The notes beneath the pieces were generated by a model. That model was not told the origin of the DNA, searched no databases, and worked only from the letters and a program-made list of their open reading frames with translations. From assembly GCA_030704615.1 (NCBI GenBank), contig CM060731.1, positions 65,100,001-65,164,000 on the forward strand: DNA of 64,000 bases. Direction: 5' to 3'. Shown here in pieces: positions 12,501 to 24,112 of the stretch; the stretch's first letter is position 1; each line of letters begins with the position of its first letter. A program made the position numbers and the translations under genes. Origin of the DNA: Takakia lepidozioides (lineage: Eukaryota > Plantae > Bryophyta).

Positions 12501-14040
12501 CCTCACCGAATAGAGGATCTCCACCATGGCATCCAGTGTTGGTCGGTACCAGGTGCGATCCGCTTTCGCAAGGGACTTCCTGTACAGCTCGGGATCGAGG
12601 GATTTTTGGAAGTCCGTCAGCGGTGCTGTTCCCACTTCTTGCACTTTGTAGAGCGTATGTGCCAGATAAGTTTCCACAAAGGCCTTCTCTGTTATCCTGC
12701 CATGGAGAAAAAAAAAATGAACAACATGAAAATATGATACAAAAATAACCAGATTTCGGCACAGCAATCCAATTTCCAGTTCATAGAGTGCATGACAGTC
12801 AAGAACATTGTCTATTTCGGCGCCGCAATAGGCAGTACACAAGGATGTAGTTGTATACTTACAGATTTATATCCGCCATGGCACCCTTCAGCAGTCCTCT
12901 GTCCCTGACGTCCACCTTCACGACAATGCAGTCCACCATGTAATGCCAATTGATATCTTGCGGATGCATTTCAGCAATGTACTCTGTCCAGGCAAGCATC
13001 CTGTGGTTCCCGTCCCAAACGAAGAACATCTTCCCTTCCATGTGTGCGAATGTGGGATTAGTCTTCAGAGAGGCTTCAAACTCGGCATTTACAGTGTGTC
13101 AGTGGGGGCTCCAATTCTGAAGCTCCTCTGTAGTGGGGCCCCTTGTGACACCCTGGTCATTCTCAATGGAAACGTAGAATGCTGCCGACCCCCGTCTGTA
13201 CCCCTCTCTGAAGTTGTGCTTCAGTCGATCGATGTCCCCTGGCAGTGTTTGCCTTACAATTGGAAGGCTAACCATGCGACACAAAGGAACTTTGAGGTTC
13301 TCCGGATACACCATGGAGCCCAAAACGCGGCCTATGTCTTACTTCTATCACCTCTCTCACTTCCCTCGCCCCTCTCACCAGCCTGTCTACTGTCCTGGAG
13401 GTTTTGCTCCTCCGCAAGCTCCAGCAGGTTCTGATCATCGTCAAGTTGCACCACGTTGTCGTCCTCTGCTTCTGTCAGCTCAATGGGCCGCCCTTCTGCA
13501 GATCCGACTCCGACATCTCCAGCGGCCTCCACCGCATCCGTGTTTTCTGAAACTGCCTGCAAACCCAATATCTCCGCTTCCAGTCTCCCTAGTGGTTTTA
13601 CTGGCGAAGCCATGGGCTCCTTCTGCTTCCTCGGCTTCCGGACTCTAGGTGGGCTTTTCTGAGGCGATATCTAAGGTGTTGAATGAGGAGTCGCCTGCCT
13701 CGATGCACTTCCACCTTGCGAGCGCAGCACCCGGGCAGGAGTATCCAAAGTTGAATGTGTTGCCTCGCCCCCCTGCAATCCCTCCCCAGCTCCCATATCA
13801 AACAAATAGGAAAACATGACACACTGCACGCAAAAAAAAAAGGTGTAAAAGGAATAGTGCGTATGGAGTGCTTCACATCCGCGAAGCACGAATCTCTCAC
13901 TGGTGGGCGATCCGAGTCTCCGGATAACGAGGTCTGCATTTCCTGCATGAGACGGAGCTTAAGTCGTGTCGTCGGCGGCTTCCCAAAATCCCGCATCCTC
14001 CTTATCTTTGCCAGAGTCGCCTGACCTTCCACAAACTCTA
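9583..14040 (-). pseudogene. Multi-exon gene: ParB/Srx-like domain + beta-class N4C/N6A DNA methyltransferase-like domain; inactivated in this copy
   Basis: FFVWDGNHRMLAW (~13000-13030); SIDMILMDIPDG (~10553-10590); MLDDNGCVVVL; RSPAFIQTLMEMCTDGEGRVLDVTANTG/ACMWAGRMYNRFVFSFEGD across a phase-1 intron. Frame-preserving GT-AG introns at 9831-9951, 10214-10309, ~11455-11643, 12062-12137, 12462-12506 and 12697-12862. Several stops and frameshifts; the 5' end is uncertain (may reach ~14240). Confidence 0.8.
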
Positions 14041-14310
14041 TGCTATCACTATGCTACATAAGGAGAGGAAACGCAGGAGAATGTCACTGCAGAAGGGCAA
14101 GGAGCGAGAGAGCGAAGCGGTGGAACATGCAACCACTGTGCACGAGCAGATGCGTAAGCAGCCACGTCTCCAGAAGCGTTGCCACCGTCCACCACTTTCT
14201 GCCGTATGGGTGATGAAGAGATTGCGACCCCTGACACGTTCGTACGGATGAAGTCGACTAGAACACGACGCGTGTCTGTTCAAGCCACCAGTACAAGACG
14301 CTTTATCCGA

Positions 14311-15668
14311 ATTGCGGCACCGAAATACCGTTCCGTTCACCGGATGTTGTTCCCGGAGCAGCCAGCATTGAATGAAATATCCGCACATCATGAAACCCAA
14401 CCGCCATGAAAATCCCCTGCCTATGACATTCAATAGTCAGGTCGGTACGTTTCATCAGCGGACGGATGAATTTCGGCGCCGCAATTCATCGCTTCTCCAG
14501 TCCTCATCCGTCATGAGCAAACCTGTCAGTCGGATATCGGAGCCGGAATTAATTCCGGGACACTGGAGACGGCTGCACTTGGGCACATTTCATCCATTTC
14601 GCCGCCGAAATTCATTAAGAATATCTCCGTCCGTGCGTAGACGGAAATCATCCATATTTCGGCGCCGAAATTCATCCAGCGCGAAAACTAAATCGGCACC
14701 ATGCTACGCTTTGCCGCCATCATTGCCCCTCACGGTTGCTGTCCATGCCTGTTGGACTTGCCATGTCTGGACAATTAACTATAATTTCGGCGCCGGAATT
14801 ATACTTTATGTGCGGCAACGTCCCATGCGAAAAATGACCGCTTAATGGATACTGTCAGTTTCAAATGAAAACAACGGCTAAAATGCAATTAATTTTCCCC
14901 CAACATGAAAAAAATATCCTCTTTCGTCATTGGATAACGGCCTTTTGTAAGACATAAGGGGTTGAATGTGCCGATTTCTCCATTTAATGCAGAATATTCG
15001 TGTTATCTTCGTCGGAATGGGTTATTTCAAACGAATTTCGGAACATTACATCATCCAGAAGCAAGAAGTAAGTGTCGGGTTCGGACGAATTTCGGCGCCG
15101 AAATTCATCCATTTCATAGAGAAATAAATGTTGGAGGGAGGGCATTGGATGAATTTCGGCGCCGAAATCCAGCTCTCAAACCCTTAAAAGAAATTGGAGG
15201 GATGACTTCGGATGAATTTCGGCGCCGAAATCCATCCGCAGGACAGCAGAATTAGGGTCGGAAAAGGAGAAGATGAATGAATTTCGGCGCCGAAATTCAT
15301 CCCTACTGCCGATTCAGGATTACTGTCATTCGGATGTCGGCACCGAAATCCGGACACGTGGTGAATCATGATTGTAATCACGAACACATTCATCCGTAAT
15401 TCGGCGCCGAAATTCAACCCTTATGTGCAGAAACAATTTCATGAAGAACATGTTCATCCGAATTTCGGCACCGAAATCCATCTGTCGGGTGCTTGCTCAG
15501 TTTCATGAGGTGAACAAATGACGATTTCTGTCGCCGAAATTCATCCCCTGGCTTCCAAATCTGTTACATTACAGAGCTGTTCCTCCAGATTTCGGTGCCG
15601 AAATTCATGAGAAGACCTGATTTATTGTAGCCCAACTGGTGGTACATCACAATTCAGGCACCAAATAT
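14311..15668. repeat. Phased array of ~17 ATTTCGGCGCCGAAAT palindromes between the divergent genes
   Basis: Copies at 14311, 14470, 14534, 14596, 14656, 14784, ~15034, 15089, 15153, 15216, 15281, 15334, 15398, 15462, 15524, 15589 and ~15651; extended consensus GGATGAATTTCGGCGCCGAAATTCATCC. Confidence 0.92.
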
Positions 15669-15855
15669 CCAATGTGAACTTGTTGTGGTCGTCCGTATTT
15701 GTAACGTACGTTACACACCTTCATCCATATGTGCACTGATCACCCATTCTGTTGGATACAAAATCCTCCAGAAAATGATTGTGGTATTATGTAGGACACA
15801 CTCTTCCCATTGAAGGACTTCGCTGCGGAGCGTACCGAGAGGTTCCGTCTTCAAC

Positions 15856-18800
15856 ATGGACTCCCGTATTTGGGTAAACGTGTACTTCCATCCTGACTCT
15901 CTGAAAGCTAAACTACCCTGTGACCAAGGATTTGCGATTGTCACTAAGCAGTACTTGTGTGTGAAATTCGGGCTCCGCCCTGGAACGGTGTTTTTGGAAG
16001 AGGAGACGAAGGATGCTTATGGAAATTTTCTGGAAAGTGCCGTCATTCTGCATGCAGATTTCGGAAAGGGCAAAGAGTGGCGGCTCCCAGCTTCTGAATC
16101 CATCCGGTACAGTGCAATTGGTGAAATCGTGCCTAAAGAGTTCCCACGCTGGAACTTGGTTGATCCTCCTTCCACAAGAGGGTCTGGCGTGCAAGATGTG
16201 AAGTCTGCCATGAAGGATGTGGGCACCTCTTCACAAGCAGAGAAGCCCAAACATGTGAAAAAGGAAATCCAGGAAAACAGGGAAACAATCGTCCACGACT
16301 TATCCAGTGACGATGAAGACTGTATGGTCCTTCCATCGTATGTTTCGAAGTCATCCGTCACTAGGATTGTTTAGAAGTCGGCAAACAATGAGCACACACC
16401 CTCCAACTCAACTTCCGTCCGCTCAGTAATCGACATATTGCGGAGGATGAAGTCAACGGGTTCCCGCTCCAGTGACCTTCTTAGGCTTGATTACGACAAA
16501 CTCCAATCCATTCTGTGGAAACTTTGCCTGATGTTGTGGATGGGAATGCTATCTACGAGTTCCCTCCAGTGCCGACAGGCGCAGGCCCAGACGGCATGCT
16601 AGCAGGAATGAACAGGAAACATGACGGCCATCCTTGGTGCGTCACCAAAACTTCATCGTCCAACCTGGGTGATGGAGTTCGAGTGAGATATGTATTGTGT
16701 GTTGGACATCTTAAATGTTTCTCGAGCACATGTTACCATTACACGAGCAAAGGCACCCGGAATGAGACTGAATGGATTGGCAATTCGTCGACCCCATTTT
16801 GGCCTCAAGGTAGAGTTCCTGCAAGGACGTTCAAGTGTGCCCATTGCAACGCAGCCCCTATGTGTATGGCAGTGTGCAACGCCAAGCAGTACTACGTCGG
16901 GACCGTCGGCCCAGCGTGCACCAGAGCATGCATTCACACCGGAAAGCATGACCACCCCGTCGCCAAAGGCAATTGCAGAGTCGCTTTTCAACAAACCCAC
17001 GATATTATCAAGGAGGAGGTGAGGTTCAGGCCGGGAGCAAAACCAAAGCAGATACAGCTCGCATCCGCACATAGAATTGCAATTGGCAGAATAATGTCGG
17101 AGGATGGAAGCACAAGAGAGAAGCTGGGCGAGGGGGACATGAAGGAGCCGCTGGAAGCTGTCTCCCATGTGTGCAGCCCCAATGTCAGGAACCACATTGT
17201 CGGCTGCAAGAAACGAATCGGAAGAGGATCAGACATGCACTCCATCTTGGAAGTGAAGCGCACATGCGGCTACGACTTCATCCAGGGCAGCTTCTTTCCT
17301 GGTCAAGGCTCAGAGACGGACATGTGCTTCATATTTAAGATGTCAACGTGCGGACCGGGGAGCGGTGTTGATTTGGTGAAGCGGATGACCAGTGGAGACC
17401 TCTCAAATCGCTGGGTCATGTTCGACCACATTAGACGAATTACCAACCACGATTGGGTGACAATGGGGGCATATGTATACGACCCACATTGCAGAAAGTT
17501 GATGACCATTGCTATCTGCGAAATGAAAGGAGAAGACACAGATTCGGAGTTGCATATGTGGTGCGGAATTAATGAGCAAATGGCGAGAGCGAAGTTGCCC
17601 CCTCCCGATTTTAGGGGCTTCATGGCTGACAATGCCTAGGCGAACTGGGCTGCAGTGAGGAGGGTATATGGGAACGACCCAAAGACTCCAATGGAAGGTA
17701 AGGAGAGATCTTGTGGGTTCCACTTCATGCAGAGTTTGACGCAAAACACGAAAAGGTTCGTGGCGTCACACCACCGGCATGATCATATCAGTATGTGCCT
17801 TGCGTGGAAAAATGCGAATTCCATCGACGAGGCGGAGACCGAGTTTGCAACCATACGCGCCTGGTGGGTGTCTTCAGGGGCAGTGGATGTGAAAGATCAG
17901 CCAGACTTGCAAACGTGGCTTGCGTGGTGGCACTATAGATTCCGCCAGTTTGGAGACTACATGCGACAGGTAACACATTTCTGTACTTGACAATTGTTCT
18001 GTTTTGTGCTTGGACATTCTCCACAATGAGTGACATTTCTAATTTCCTTCAACAGGACATGAGCTTGGAGGATGACACGGATATGCCGACGATGAACATG
18101 GCCGAATCGGTGCACTCTTCCTGGCGTGCTTCCTCTGCGGCACATCTCGTTGACATGTTGACAGCAACAACAGAAGATATTGTGAGGGCCATCATGCAAC
18201 AATCTCGTTACTACTAGTTTCTGGGAGGAAAGCAATGGGGTATCGGACCAGACAGGCAGGAGATGCTGATGAGGGCGGCGCATCGTTCGACCGATCCCAA
18301 AAAATGGACTGCTGCATTGCGGGAAACAATAAGGTCAACGTCGTTACACAGTCGGGGGAACTGCCTGGAGGGCGATGTCCGCAGCCGGCTGGTGAAGAGA
18401 AGAATTGAGGTCATGCCCGGAGGCGACAGGGATTCATGGAGATCAGATATGAACATCCGCACTCAACCTTGGGGCGCAACGATGTTGCATCCCACACGTC
18501 CTCCCAGCAGGACTCGTACCCCCTCTCCTGCAGCATCCATGGAATCGCTGCTAGACTCGGGACAGCATGCCGAGGATGAGCATGCTGCTCCTATTATCGT
18601 TACCCAATACAGCATTCCAATCGTAGAGCGAGATGTGTCGGCCTCGCAGTGGAGAATTGCACGGACCCGTCTGTCATTTCGTGGCAAATGTTGTGCTATT
18701 CGTGTCGACACCAACCAGAGATGCAATGAGATGATTCGGAGGAGCCCGCAAGGCGGGGTGCTTGCCCCTTGCTTCACAGGGAGATTTGTGTGCGCAAAGT

Positions 18801-19407
18801 TTGTGGAGGCCACACTGACAGAGTTTTGGTTCTGCAGGCACGACATCATGTCGTGTGTGTTCGGCAAGCCCAAGTATGGTGTACAAGGCATGCCTGAACC
18901 ACCAGCAGTCTGGCTTGTGGCAACTGGTACAGATCTTACCCTAGAGGAGGCAGACGCTCTAGGAAGTGCAGGGTTTTGACTGGTGGAGAGGACAGACGTT
19001 CCACGAAATCCAATTCCCAGTCGTCATCCTCCTCCCACGAGAAGCTCTTCGCCCCGCATACCGGTGGGTGACCCCGCAGCTTGGCCCACCCATCGGCGGG
19101 GGAAACTGAAAAGACGGCGGCCACCAACAAAGGCAAACGACACCAGGATGGCCAACGCTCTTGCAATGCCCTGCATAGTGCAAGGTTGCAGGGATGTTCC
19201 TCACCCCGGGTTGGGGCGCATATTTCAATTGTCAACAGCCGGGTCTGCTGCGCGCAGTGTTGTGTATGCAATCACGGTTTCTCAGTACCCAACTTGCAAA
19301 TGTGAGGACTTCTTTGTTATGGAATCGAAGAATGCAACATACGTCCCATGCAAACACCTTTATTACATCTTTTTTGAAGCGCATGAGTTGCATATCCGCA
19401 GTGGACG
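15856..19407 (+). pseudogene. MULE transposase with N-terminal Cys/His (GCM/WRKY-like) domain and C-terminal SWIM finger, copy 1
   Basis: VMFDH...FMADNA(Q)ANWAAVRRVYG...CGFHFMQS...TMNMAESVH; SWIM CKCEDF...PCKH; intron 17970-18055; stops at 16374, 17639, 18217 and 18979. Confidence 0.88.
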
Positions 19408-22400
19408 TGTCGCGCACCTCACTTCGGTAAACTCCCCTTCAAGTCATAGTTACTCGCTTTGATGCGCGCGCCTGACTCCCAACCTGGCCGCCGGGCCAAC
19501 TTGGAGCCTCGGCTGCTCACCGGGACATAACGGTCCCCCCTTCGCTTCCCTCTAAAACCCTCCACCTAATTGGGACTAGGAGAATTCCCTTTGGTAGATG
19601 GCAGTCCAGAACAGCTCCCCACTCTTTGGTCGCTTTCCGGCTCGCTCGCTTACTCACTAGTTTTTGGTCACCAACGGGCTTGCACAGTTCTCGGGGTTAC
19701 TACTCCCTATATATACTTCTGTAGCTGTCCGCGGGGGTTCCACAACCAGCCATGCCATTTTATGGCGAACCACCACGAAAACCCTCGACTCCCGGTGATG
19801 AGTCGCGGTGAGTCTTGGCCCGCTCACCACGGCCCCTATGGACCGTGATGAGTCCCAAACTCCCCACGACTCCCACCACGAGGTCTCCGCCCCCATGGTG
19901 AGTCCTATGCCACCCCCACTAAGTCCCGCTAAGCTACCACCACCCCTTGTGGAGCCACCCCCACCGCAACCCGGTGTGCGGGGCTTCCACCTAGTGAGCG
20001 CCTCCGCTTCCCTGAGTGCCTTGGGCACTCAAGGGTGCTTCAGCCCCCCATACCTATCGCTGCCGCTGCCCCCACCACAGGGGCAGCCCCTCATGTGTCC
20101 CGACCCCCTGCCCTCAAGGCAAAGGGCCGCGACACACACCCCTACCAACAGGGAGTCGATGTCCTCTTCGACTTGTCCATTTTGTAGAAACGAACATCCA
20201 AGTTGTGGCGTCCCACATCAAGGAGTTTGTTTCCGCACCATGGCGTCCCATGGCAAAGAACCAAACCCCACACTTGACTCTACTCTCCACTAGCTAGTTC
20301 GGCCGACTTCCTCCAAGTCCCGGCCAAGGGTGGAGCCTCTCCAGCTCCTCCCAATGCACTCTTCTTGGCCTACTTCAAGGCCAAGGAACGATCCTCCCCG
20401 AGGATCGAATCGCCTTACTGCAACAACATTGCTTGCGATCGCTCATGATGCCGCTTTTGGCATCACCTTGAGCAAGGGTTCACCTGGAACCCTCTTTGAC
20501 TAGGAAGATAACCTTGAACCAACCGTGCGCCCCAATCACTACAATTGGGTCCGCCTTGGAATGCTGGCCTGAGGTACGGGAACACGCCGAAGCCGCACTA
20601 CGACTTCGTCCCGAGGCTACACGATTATAGTACGTAAACGGAAGCACGTAGCTTCCGCGTTAGCCCGCACTACAAGGCAACCCCCTCGGTAGCGCAGTTA
20701 TAGTACGCGCACGCGCCAGGTGCGCACTAGCACGTGAACTCCCAAAGAAGTCGCAAGTTTCCTTGCCCCTTGGATGGGGGTCACCCGATTTTGGCACTAC
20801 GCAAACACACGATTAACCCAATTTACCTCTCCCACTTTTATAAGCTAGCATGCATTCTACACACTAGCCAACCACACCATGCATCACCATTCCCAACACA
20901 ATAGGACGCACAATATTTGGAACCCATTTCCTATATAACAAATTTTTGTACAATACAAGTTTTTGCAATCGGATTCCTGAGCTAGCTAAACCGGGCTAAG
21001 CATGCATTTCCTCCCCCACGCTCCAAGGTTGATGTCCCCATCAACGCTTCTTCCGCTTTTGAGGTCGCCCTTCGAAAGCTGCAACCGCCTCGAATGCGTT
21101 TCCCATTTCTGAGGCGCGCACCCAAGATGCCTCCACATGATGATAGCCCTTCCATTTGACGAGATACTCCGTTTCTCGGTTCCTGAACCTCCTCGACTTA
21201 AGTATTGCCTCCACCTTGTACTCAGGTTCATTTTCATGATCCAACAGCATAGGTGGCGGACGCAACACTTGATGCCGATTCGGACGTGCTTCATCTTTGA
21301 AGTAAGGCTTCAAAAGGGAGACATGCAATACTGGGTGCACCTCGCTGTTTGTCGGCAGCTCCAATTCATACACATCCTCATTCATAACCTTCCGAATGCG
21401 AAAGGGTCCCGCATATGGAGGTACGAACTTCAGACTCACTTCCGGAGGTAGTCGGAAATTCTTGATGTTCAACCAGACCTCTGTGCCTGCCTCAAACTTC
21501 ACTTCCCTCCGCTTCCGATTCGCCTGCCTTTCATACCGTTTCCTAGCTTTGGCAATGTTGTACTTTGCGAGCTTCAACAAACGCTCGCGTTCTTCAAGTA
21601 CCGCCGCTACTGCCGGTTCCTCAACGTCCTGGGCGGCCCAACTTGTCGGCACCAGAGGTGCTTTTCCATAGACCAACACGAAAGGGGAAACTCCCGTTGC
21701 GGAGTGTTCTGTGTTATTATAACAGAACTCTGCCGCGTCTAAGTGTTCCATCCAGTCTGATTGGTCTGCCGACACGTAATTCCGCAAGAATTGCTTCACT
21801 ACGGAATTCACTCTTTCCGTTTGGCCGTCCGTCATAGGTCGGAAGGCGGTGCTCATCTTCAGCCTCGTCCCCATCTTCTTCCAAAGTGCTCTCCAGAATT
21901 TACTCGTAAACTTTGGATCGCGGTCCGAGACAATATCCTTCGGGACTCCATGATGCTTTAAGACGTGGGCGAAGTAAAGTCGCCCTGTCTCCTGCGCCGT
22001 TGCCGTCTCCTTGGTGGGGATGAAATGGCCCATTTTACTGAACCTATCTACCACCACCATGATTGCATCGAATCCTTTTGACAGCGGCATAGCAGTCATG
22101 AAATCCATCGAGACGCTTTCCCAAGTCCCCTCTGGAATCGGCAAGGGTTGTAACAGCCCCGCTTGCTTTTTGTACTCGCTTCGGTTTTGTTGGCATGTGG
22201 TGCATGTCTTGACATACTCCTCTACCTCCTCCCTCAGTTTGGGCCAGAAATACTCTTTCTTCAAGAGTGCCGCAGTGCGGTTGGCTCCGCCGTGGCCCGC
22301 AAGCGGGCTATCATGGCATTCTCTCAAGAGACTATCCTGATCCCTCCCTTCGGCACGTAGAGACGCTTTTGCTTATACCGGAGCAGTCCATTTTGCAAGT

Positions 22401-24112
22401 GGAACTGCGATTTAACCCCCATCCTCAAGTCCTGCATCACGGACTTTGCCAGCTCATCCTTTCGGCAAGCCTTCCGGATCTTCCTTTGGAGTGCCGTCTC
22501 GCCCTTGTACACCAACAAGAGCTGCTGCTTTCTACTTAAAGCATCGGCCACCACATTGTCCCGTCCCGGTTTGTACTGGATATCCACGTCGAACACTGCC
22601 AAAGTATCTTGCCACCTAAGTTGTTTTGGGGACAACTTGGGCTGCGTGGCAAAATACTTCACCGTGACATTGTCCGTGAACACCTTCACTGGGTTGGAAC
22701 CAACATAGTGGCGCCAGAGCTCAAGGCAATGCACCACCACCTTCATCTCTTTTTCGTGCGTCGGCCACCGTCGCTCCACTTCATTCAGTTTCTTACTTTC
22801 GTAAGCCACTGGACGTCCATCTTGCATAAATACACCCCCAATCGCGAAGTCCGATGCATCTGTATGAATCTCAAACGGACGATCGAACTCCGGGATTTTC
22901 AAGACTGGAGCTTCCGTCATCCGCTGCTTCAATTCAGCAAAAGCTTGGCCACAAAATGTGTTCCATACCCAGACTTTGGATTTACACAGAAGGTCCGACA
23001 GCGGCCCCGCGATCTTGGCGAAATTTCTCACATACTTCCGGTAATAGGAGGCGAGTCCTAGGAAGGATCGCACTCCCGGGACCGAAGTCGGAGGCTCCCA
23101 GTCCAAGATCGCCCTCACCTTTTTGTCATCCATTTTGATCCCATCCTGTGTAATCACATGCCCCAAGAACTCCACTTTCGTGACCCCGAATTCGCACTTT
23201 GAAGCTTTGGCATACAGCTTCCCTTCCCGCAATTTTTGGAACACCCTTTTGAGGTGCTCCAGGTGCTCCTCCTTTGTTTTCGAGTACACCAAGATGTCGT
23301 CGATGTACACGATCACAAAGTCATCCAACCACTCCTGGAAAAGGCTGTTCATCAGCGTGCTAAATGTTGCTGGTGCATTGGTGAGCCCAAAAGGCATCAC
23401 CAAGAACTCATATGAACCATACCTTGTCCTGCACACGGTCTTCTCCTCATCTCCTTCCGCCACCCGAATTTGGTGATAGCCGGAGCGCAAGTCGATCCGG
23501 CTTAAATACTTCGCTCCTGCCAACCGATCGCAACGTCCCATCCTTCTTGTCTGCAAATAGCACCGGGGCTCCGTAAGGTGACTTACTCGGCCGGATGTAC
23601 CTCTTTGACAGTAGATCCTTGAGCTGAGTCTTCAGCTCGACCAACTCTCTATGGCTCAACCGGTAGGGCGCCTTGGCAGGCGGTTCCGATCCCGGTATCA
23701 CCTCAATCTTGTGGTCAACTCCTCTTCGCGGTGGCAAGCCGCTTGGCAAATCCTCCGGCATCACATCCTGGTATTTCTCCAAAATCCCCTTGATCCAATC
23801 TGGGCTTGGCTCCCCATCGCCTTCTCCCTTCACTTCTCTAATGTAAAGCAAAAACTGGGGTTCGTGTGCCTCCTCCACGGCCCACTCCCTTGCTGACAGA
23901 AGGTTTATTCGCCCTCCCACGGATTTGGGCGTTTCTGACACTCGTAAGACCTCGCCACCATTCCCACATGGCAGCGTGACTACTCTCTTGCGGCCATCTA
24001 TAACCGCTCTGGATTTGCTCAAAAAGGTCATCCCCAAAATGAGATCTACTCCATCGATCTCGCAGATGGTGAAGTTCTCACGTCCCTCCCAACTCCCCAG
24101 TTGCAGAGGAAC
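19408..24112 (-). mobile_element. Chromovirus copy B (3' LTR 19408-21006 plus pol), inserted in the MULE transposase
   Basis: LTR begins TGTCGCGC directly after transposase sequence ..GTGGACG; RT-RH-IN-chromodomain on the minus strand; cut at 24113 by element C. Confidence 0.96.
21041..24112 (-). pseudogene. pol: pol of copy B with chromodomain (YKVEAILKSR..YLVKWKGY..ASW)
   Basis: ORFs 21041-22327, 22324-23556 and 23447-24112; ~70-bp deletion in RT at ~23531. Confidence 0.93.

Larger units (their letters stand above)
7877..19407 (+). mobile_element. Large Mutator-like (MULE-SWIM) DNA transposon, copy 1 (left arm through transposase)
   Basis: Left TIR GAGGTTTACTATTTCATGAGC with ATGAGC subterminal repeats, MULE transposase, accessory genes; cut by a gypsy LTR at 19408. 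Confidence 0.85.

Noticed and set aside
9583-14040. Bacterial/phage contamination as the source of the ParB-MTase
   Set aside because: The gene has several frame-preserving spliceosomal introns and is embedded in plant transposons
15089-15668. CRISPR array (palindromic repeat of up to 28 bp with ~36-bp spacers)
   Set aside because: No cas genes; eukaryotic transposon context; repeat flanks vary; neighbouring spacers keep traces of similarity; the same motif occurs in introns and in plain tandem repeats
19808-20640. Pro-rich antisense ORFs in the chromovirus LTR
   Set aside because: Frames and stops differ among the LTR copies; GC-rich sequence and recent common descent explain the persistence
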